Shown in pieces: positions 59,782-64,000 of a stretch of 64,000 nt of DNA. Origin of the DNA: Agarivorans sp. (GTDB taxonomy: Bacteria > Pseudomonadota > Gammaproteobacteria > Enterobacterales > Celerinatantimonadaceae); contig NZ_JBNKPP010000092.1 of the NCBI RefSeq assembly GCF_050295395.1, positions 21,654-85,653 on the forward strand, read 5' to 3'. Made by a program: the position numbers and the translations under genes. The notes below the pieces were generated by a model. The model was not told the DNA's origin. It was given only the letters and a program-made list of their open reading frames with translations, and searched no databases. How positions within the stretch are numbered: position 1 is the first letter of the stretch; each line of letters begins with the position of its first letter.

Positions 59782-60066
59782 GTGAAAAGCTATATTGCAA
59801 CAGGCGTATTACTGATGCTGCTGGCAGGCGGGGCATTTGCAGGTAAAGGTACGGAAGTCTCCAATATTAACTGTCACGGCACTTGGATACGTTCCGAGAC
59901 CGATAAACTCGAGTTGCTCAGCGCTTGTGGTAAGCCGACCTTTAGTGAGGTGGTGAGTGGCGCTAATTATAGTAAGCTGGAAGGCCTGCTGTATCAGCTA
60001 AATGGCAACAAATACGTGATTTATCTAAACCGCGGTAAGGTGGTTAAAATGGAATGGTTACGTTAA
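59782..60066 (+). CDS. Small secreted protein (DUF2845-like)
   Basis: GGAG RBS, signal peptide, LL..CGKP motif. Confidence 0.6.
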   Translation: MKSYIATGVLLMLLAGGAFAGKGTEVSNINCHGTWIRSETDKLELLSACGKPTFSEVVSGANYSKLEGLLYQLNGNKYVIYLNRGKVVKMEWLR

Positions 60067-60090
60067 AGCCGCGCTGTGCTAGCGCGGCTT
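60066..60090. terminator. Terminator hairpin between convergent genes
   Basis: AAGCCGCGCT-GTGCT-AGCGCGGCTT. Confidence 0.75.
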
Positions 60091-60096
60091 GCTGAT

Positions 60097-61380
60097 TTAT
60101 TTTAGCTTGGCAAAGCAACGTTCTGCTGCGGCAAGGGTGGCATCTATATCTGCTTCGCTATGGGCGAAGCTAGTAAATGAGGCCTCAAAAGCAGAAGGGG
60201 CAAGATAAATACCTTCTTCTAACATCAAGTGGAAGAAGCGTTTAAAACGCTCGGTATCGCAAGCGCAGGCTTGGGCGAAGTTAGTCACTTGTTCGGCCTC
60301 GGTAAAGAAGAAACCTAACATTGCTCCAACCTGATTCACCGCCAATGGGATCCCTTGGCGCTCTGCTGCTTGTTTCAAGCCCAGGGCTAAACGCTCGGTT
60401 ATCTGGTTAAGGTGTTGATGTACCGCTGGGTCTTTTATCGCATTTAGGGCGGCTAAACCAGCGGCCATGGCGATGGGGTTACCCGAGAGAGTCCCAGCTT
60501 GATAAACTGGGCCTACTGGGGCTAGATGAGCCATGATTTTTTTACTACCACCAAAGGCACCTACTGGCATGCCGCCACCAATCACCTTGCCTAAACAAGT
60601 GAGATCGGGTGTTACCTCGTAATAAGCTTGCGCTCCGCCTAAGGCGACCCGAAAGCCGGTCATGACTTCATCGATGATGAAAACCGCTTGGTATTTGTCA
60701 CAAATAGCGCGCAGCCCTTGTAAAAATCCGGGCAGTGGGGGAATACAGTTCATATTGCCAGCCACCGGTTCCACGATGATACAAGCGATATCTTCAGGAT
60801 ATTCGCTAAACAAGGCTTCCACCGATGCCAAATCGTTATAAGTCGCGGTGAGGGTGTGCTGAGCAAAGTCGGCTGGAATCCCCGGAGAGCTCGGTTGACC
60901 GAGGGTCAGCGCACCGGATCCCGCCTTTACCAATAGTGAATCAGCATGGCCGTGGTAACAACCTTCAAATTTTAAAATTTTGTCTCGTCCGGTGTAGCCG
61001 CGCGCTAGGCGAATCGCGCTCATGGTGGCCTCGGTGCCAGAGTTGACCATGCGTACTTGGTCCATCGATGGCACCAATTCACAGACCAAGTCTGCCATAG
61101 CTATTTCACTGGCGGTGGGCGCTCCAAAGCTCAAGCCTTTGGCGGCTGCATCTACTACGGCTTGATGAATGGCGGGATGATTGTGGCCTAAAATCATCGG
61201 TCCCCAAGAGCCAACGTAATCGATGTAGCTATTGCCATCGACATCATAGATGCGCGCCCCCTCGGCTCGTTCAATAAACAGCGGGGTTCCGCCAACGCCG
61301 TTAAAGGCGCGAACCGGTGAGTTAACGCCTCCGGGAATAGTCTGCTGGGCTTGACTAAAAAGTTGTTCTGAACGAGACAT
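60097..61380 (-). CDS. hemL: Glutamate-1-semialdehyde 2,1-aminomutase
   Basis: [35 protein letters not shown]. Confidence 0.97.
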   Translation of the reverse strand: MSRSEQLFSQAQQTIPGGVNSPVRAFNGVGGTPLFIERAEGARIYDVDGNSYIDYVGSWGPMILGHNHPAIHQAVVDAAAKGLSFGAPTASEIAMADLVCELVPSMDQVRMVNSGTEATMSAIRLARGYTGRDKILKFEGCYHGHADSLLVKAGSGALTLGQPSSPGIPADFAQHTLTATYNDLASVEALFSEYPEDIACIIVEPVAGNMNCIPPLPGFLQGLRAICDKYQAVFIIDEVMTGFRVALGGAQAYYEVTPDLTCLGKVIGGGMPVGAFGGSKKIMAHLAPVGPVYQAGTLSGNPIAMAAGLAALNAIKDPAVHQHLNQITERLALGLKQAAERQGIPLAVNQVGAMLGFFFTEAEQVTNFAQACACDTERFKRFFHLMLEEGIYLAPSAFEASFTSFAHSEADIDATLAAAERCFAKLK

Positions 61381-61507
61381 AGCGCATCCTTTAAAATATC
61401 TGAAAATGGCTGTGGAAGCCTAAAAGTGGGCTCACTATAACAAACTATCTACAGGGGCTGAATCTCTGGTTTGTTGCTAGGCATAATTCTCGGTAAACTG
61501 TCGCTTT

Positions 61508-62200
61508 TTGAACGTTAGTAGGTATTCAGTGGCCAAGCCTAAATTATTAGTTGCCAGTCTCATCGGGGCTTTAGCGCTCACCAGTATTTATGGTTTGTCG
61601 GTGGTGGTAGAGCAAAAAGACCAGATGATTAGCCAGTTGCAACAAGGTGTTAGTGAAGCGCTAGATGGCCAAGCTGAATTACAACAGCGCTTGGCTCTGC
61701 TCAGCTTAGAGCAAGATAGTAAGGTGGCAGAGCTGGCGCGCTTAGAACAAGAGGTGGCGCAACTCAATGACGAAAACCTCAGCCTTAAACAAGAGCTGAT
61801 GGTATATCGACAGATTATGGCTCCCGAGCAGCAAGCGGGCGGGATGAAGATTGAGCAACTACATATTGAGCCGATGCTGAGCCCGGGTTACTACCGTATT
61901 GATGTATTACTGATGCAGGTAGCGCGTAATAAGCGCTGGCTGCAAGGAGAGCTAAAAGTGCAGCTGGTGGGAAGTCAAGACGGGCAACCCGCCAGCTATA
62001 ATGTCGCTGACTTGCAACAGCCTGCCTCCGAGCTTACATTTAAGTTTCGTTACTTTCAGGAGCTCAGCTCCGAAATTAAGCTACCTGAAGGCTTTCAAGT
62101 TGAGCGAGTGGAGTTAAGTGCCTTTATTAAGGGCAATAAGTGGAATAAAGCTGCGCAAATCGACTTGCAGCAAGCTTGGCCGGATTTGGGTAATACTTGA
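61508..62200 (+). CDS. Conserved hypothetical membrane-anchored coiled-coil protein (DUF6776-like)
   Basis: TM helix, coiled coil, FKFRYFQEL motif; upstream of erpA; start uncertain. Confidence 0.65.
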   Translation: MNVSRYSVAKPKLLVASLIGALALTSIYGLSVVVEQKDQMISQLQQGVSEALDGQAELQQRLALLSLEQDSKVAELARLEQEVAQLNDENLSLKQELMVYRQIMAPEQQAGGMKIEQLHIEPMLSPGYYRIDVLLMQVARNKRWLQGELKVQLVGSQDGQPASYNVADLQQPASELTFKFRYFQELSSEIKLPEGFQVERVELSAFIKGNKWNKAAQIDLQQAWPDLGNT

Positions 62201-62251
62201 ACTAATTACTCAGGTATTAGATAATCCGCGTGAGTTAACATTTTTAAGGAA

Positions 62252-62617
62252 TTGATAGTGTCAGAGCAAGCTGTAACTGAACAAGCCGCATTTCCGATCC
62301 AATTCACTGATGCCGCAGCGGCTCGGGTGAAAGAGTTGGTTGCTGAAGAAGAAAATCCAGCGCTTATGCTGCGAGTTTACGTGACTGGTGGTGGTTGCTC
62401 TGGATTCTCTTATGGCTTTACCTTTGATGAGAAAGTCAATGAAGGTGACACCCTCGTAGAGAAGCAGGGCGTGTCGATGGTTGTTGATTCAATGAGCCTA
62501 CAATATTTAGTGGGTGGGGTGGTTGACTTTACCTCCGGCTTAGAAGGTTCACGCTTCTTGGTGAATAACCCCAATGCCAGTACTACCTGTGGCTGTGGCT
62601 CATCATTTAGTATTTAG
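62252..62617 (+). CDS. erpA: Fe-S cluster insertion protein ErpA
   Basis: [29 protein letters not shown]; start may be GTG 62258. Confidence 0.95.
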   Translation: MIVSEQAVTEQAAFPIQFTDAAAARVKELVAEEENPALMLRVYVTGGGCSGFSYGFTFDEKVNEGDTLVEKQGVSMVVDSMSLQYLVGGVVDFTSGLEGSRFLVNNPNASTTCGCGSSFSI

Positions 62618-62638
62618 TTTAGGGCCAAACAAGCCTTA

Positions 62639-62670
62639 CAAAGCCACCTATGGGTGGCTTTGTTGTTTTT
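62639..62670 (+). terminator. Intrinsic terminator after erpA
   Basis: CAAAGCCACC-TATG-GGTGGCTTTG-TTGTTTTT. Confidence 0.85.
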
Positions 62671-62779
62671 TCCTTACGCCTGCTTTGTCGTTATTTTGTC
62701 AGCCGCCTAGATAAAGCATGTTACTGGTGTAACTTAGCCTATATAATCAACAACACTTGCTATCATCAACAGGGAGTGT

Positions 62780-63889
62780 TTGATTGTGTCGGCCAAGCTA
62801 GGGCGGTTTTTTGCTGCTCGCCCGTATATTTTATCTATTGTTATCATTGCGCTAGTGACTATTTGGATGGTCAGTGGCCAATACTCCCAAGCCGAAGCTG
62901 AAACCCAGTCCCACAATGACTCCCCGCATAAACTTACTCGAGTTCAAATTCAGCGTTATCACGCTCAGCAAATCGAGCGTAGTTTACAACTCTACGGTCA
63001 AACCGAAGCCAAACGTCAAAGTGTGATTTCCGCTGAAGTGGCAGGGCGTCTATTAGAGTTTTTGGTGGCGGAAGGACGTCCCATCACTAAGGGGCAAGCG
63101 TTGGCGCGGCTAGATATTCAAGACCGTCGCGCGCAATTACAGCGTGCTGAGGCTTTATTGGAGCAACGCCGGATAGAGTACGCTGGGGTTAATGCGCTGA
63201 GTAAGCAAGGTTTCCAAGGTAAGGCCCGCTTAGCCGAAGCCAAAGCCGCATTGGTCGACGCGGAATCTATGGTGAAGTCGCTTAATCTGGCAATTGACAA
63301 TACTCTGGTATTAGCCCCCTACAGCGGCATTTTTGAGGAAAATATCGTTGAAGCGGGTGCTTATTTAGGCATTGGTGATCCCATTCTGCGGCTTGCCGAT
63401 ACACAACAACTGTTAGTGCGCACCGATGTTTCGGAGCGTGACGTGGCTTTACTTGAACTAGGACGAAAAGCCTATGTAAGCCTTGTGACAGGACAGCTCT
63501 TAGAAGGCAGGGTTGAGTTTATCGCCAGCGTGGCCAATGCCAATACTCGCACCTTCAAGGTGGAAGTCTTGCTAGATAATGCCGAGCAAAAACTTAAGGC
63601 CGGGGTGAGTGCCAGTGTACGTTTTCCTTTGGAAACAGTAGAGGCGATTAAGGTAAGTCCGGCAGTGTTGGCTTTAGATGAGCAGGGGCAGCTAGGTGTA
63701 AAAACCGTGGTAGATGGGCGGGTACAGTTTGTAGCTGCTCGGCTGGTTCGTTCCGAACCCGATGGTGCCTGGTTATCGGGTTTTAGTGGTGATGTTGATG
63801 TAATTGTATTGGGGCAGGGTTTTGTTAAGGCTGGAGAGCAGGTTGAGGCGCTCACTAAGGCCGATATAGAGCAGCAGAGGGCGCCATAA
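62780..63889 (+). CDS. RND efflux periplasmic adaptor (membrane fusion protein)
   Basis: N-terminal TM helix, ISAEVAGR, APYSG, NTRTF.VEV. Confidence 0.9.
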   Translation: MIVSAKLGRFFAARPYILSIVIIALVTIWMVSGQYSQAEAETQSHNDSPHKLTRVQIQRYHAQQIERSLQLYGQTEAKRQSVISAEVAGRLLEFLVAEGRPITKGQALARLDIQDRRAQLQRAEALLEQRRIEYAGVNALSKQGFQGKARLAEAKAALVDAESMVKSLNLAIDNTLVLAPYSGIFEENIVEAGAYLGIGDPILRLADTQQLLVRTDVSERDVALLELGRKAYVSLVTGQLLEGRVEFIASVANANTRTFKVEVLLDNAEQKLKAGVSASVRFPLETVEAIKVSPAVLALDEQGQLGVKTVVDGRVQFVAARLVRSEPDGAWLSGFSGDVDVIVLGQGFVKAGEQVEALTKADIEQQRAP

Positions 63890-64000
63890 TGCACGCCTTC
63901 ATTGAAGCTATTTTATCGCGCACCCGTACCGTACTATCGTTACTGGTATTCCTGTTTATTGCCGGCATCATTACCTATATCAACATTCCTAAAGAGTCTG
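63889..64000 (+). CDS. AcrB/AcrD/AcrF family RND transporter (5' partial)
   Basis: TAATG overlap with the MFP stop; MHAFIEAILSRTRTVLSLLVFLFIAGIITYINIPKES. Confidence 0.85.
   Translation, partial: MHAFIEAILSRTRTVLSLLVFLFIAGIITYINIPKES

Overview
Chromosomal window of a marine gammaproteobacterium (gene content suggests Alteromonadales, possibly Agarivorans-like; inference only). No mobile elements, CRISPR arrays, rRNA or tRNA genes were seen. (1) 1-23.4 kb: exopolysaccharide locus coupled to a PEP-CTERM/exosortase A system: Wzx flippase (partial), QueC-like PP-loop protein, CapK/PaaK-like ligase, two GT4s, a GT2, an LbH acyltransferase, two deacetylase-like proteins, a secreted protein of unknown function, exosortase, priming sugar transferase, Wza, split Wzc (co-polymerase plus kinase), outer-membrane barrel, AAA ATPase, PrsK/PrsR. 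(2) 23.9-30.3 kb: dctPQM TRAP transporter with dctBD and a readable sigma54 promoter/IHF/enhancer layout. (3) 30.5-43.4 kb: cysJIH, small envelope proteins, mpl, a HapR/LuxR-type TetR regulator divergent from hpt, yadGH and a TrmB-like methyltransferase. (4) 43.4-45.8 kb: three-gene operon resembling a split NIT-sensor chemoreceptor. (5) 46-58.5 kb: core block panD-panC-panB-folK-pcnB-gluQ-dksA-sfsA / hrpB-mrcB plus a dimeric dUTPase. (6) 59.3-64 kb: ybaN, hemL, erpA and the start of an RND efflux operon. The best find is the ORF-track-empty 58.5-59.35 kb interval. It holds a minus-strand unit made of a sigma70 promoter overlapped by two Met boxes, a SAM-II-type riboswitch, an RBS-sequestering hairpin, an unannotated 58-aa ORF and a terminator. 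Converging on it is a candidate sigma54-driven short transcript with a 29-codon ORF. An unannotated 34-aa membrane protein gene and an AUU start for pcnB were also read from the sequence.
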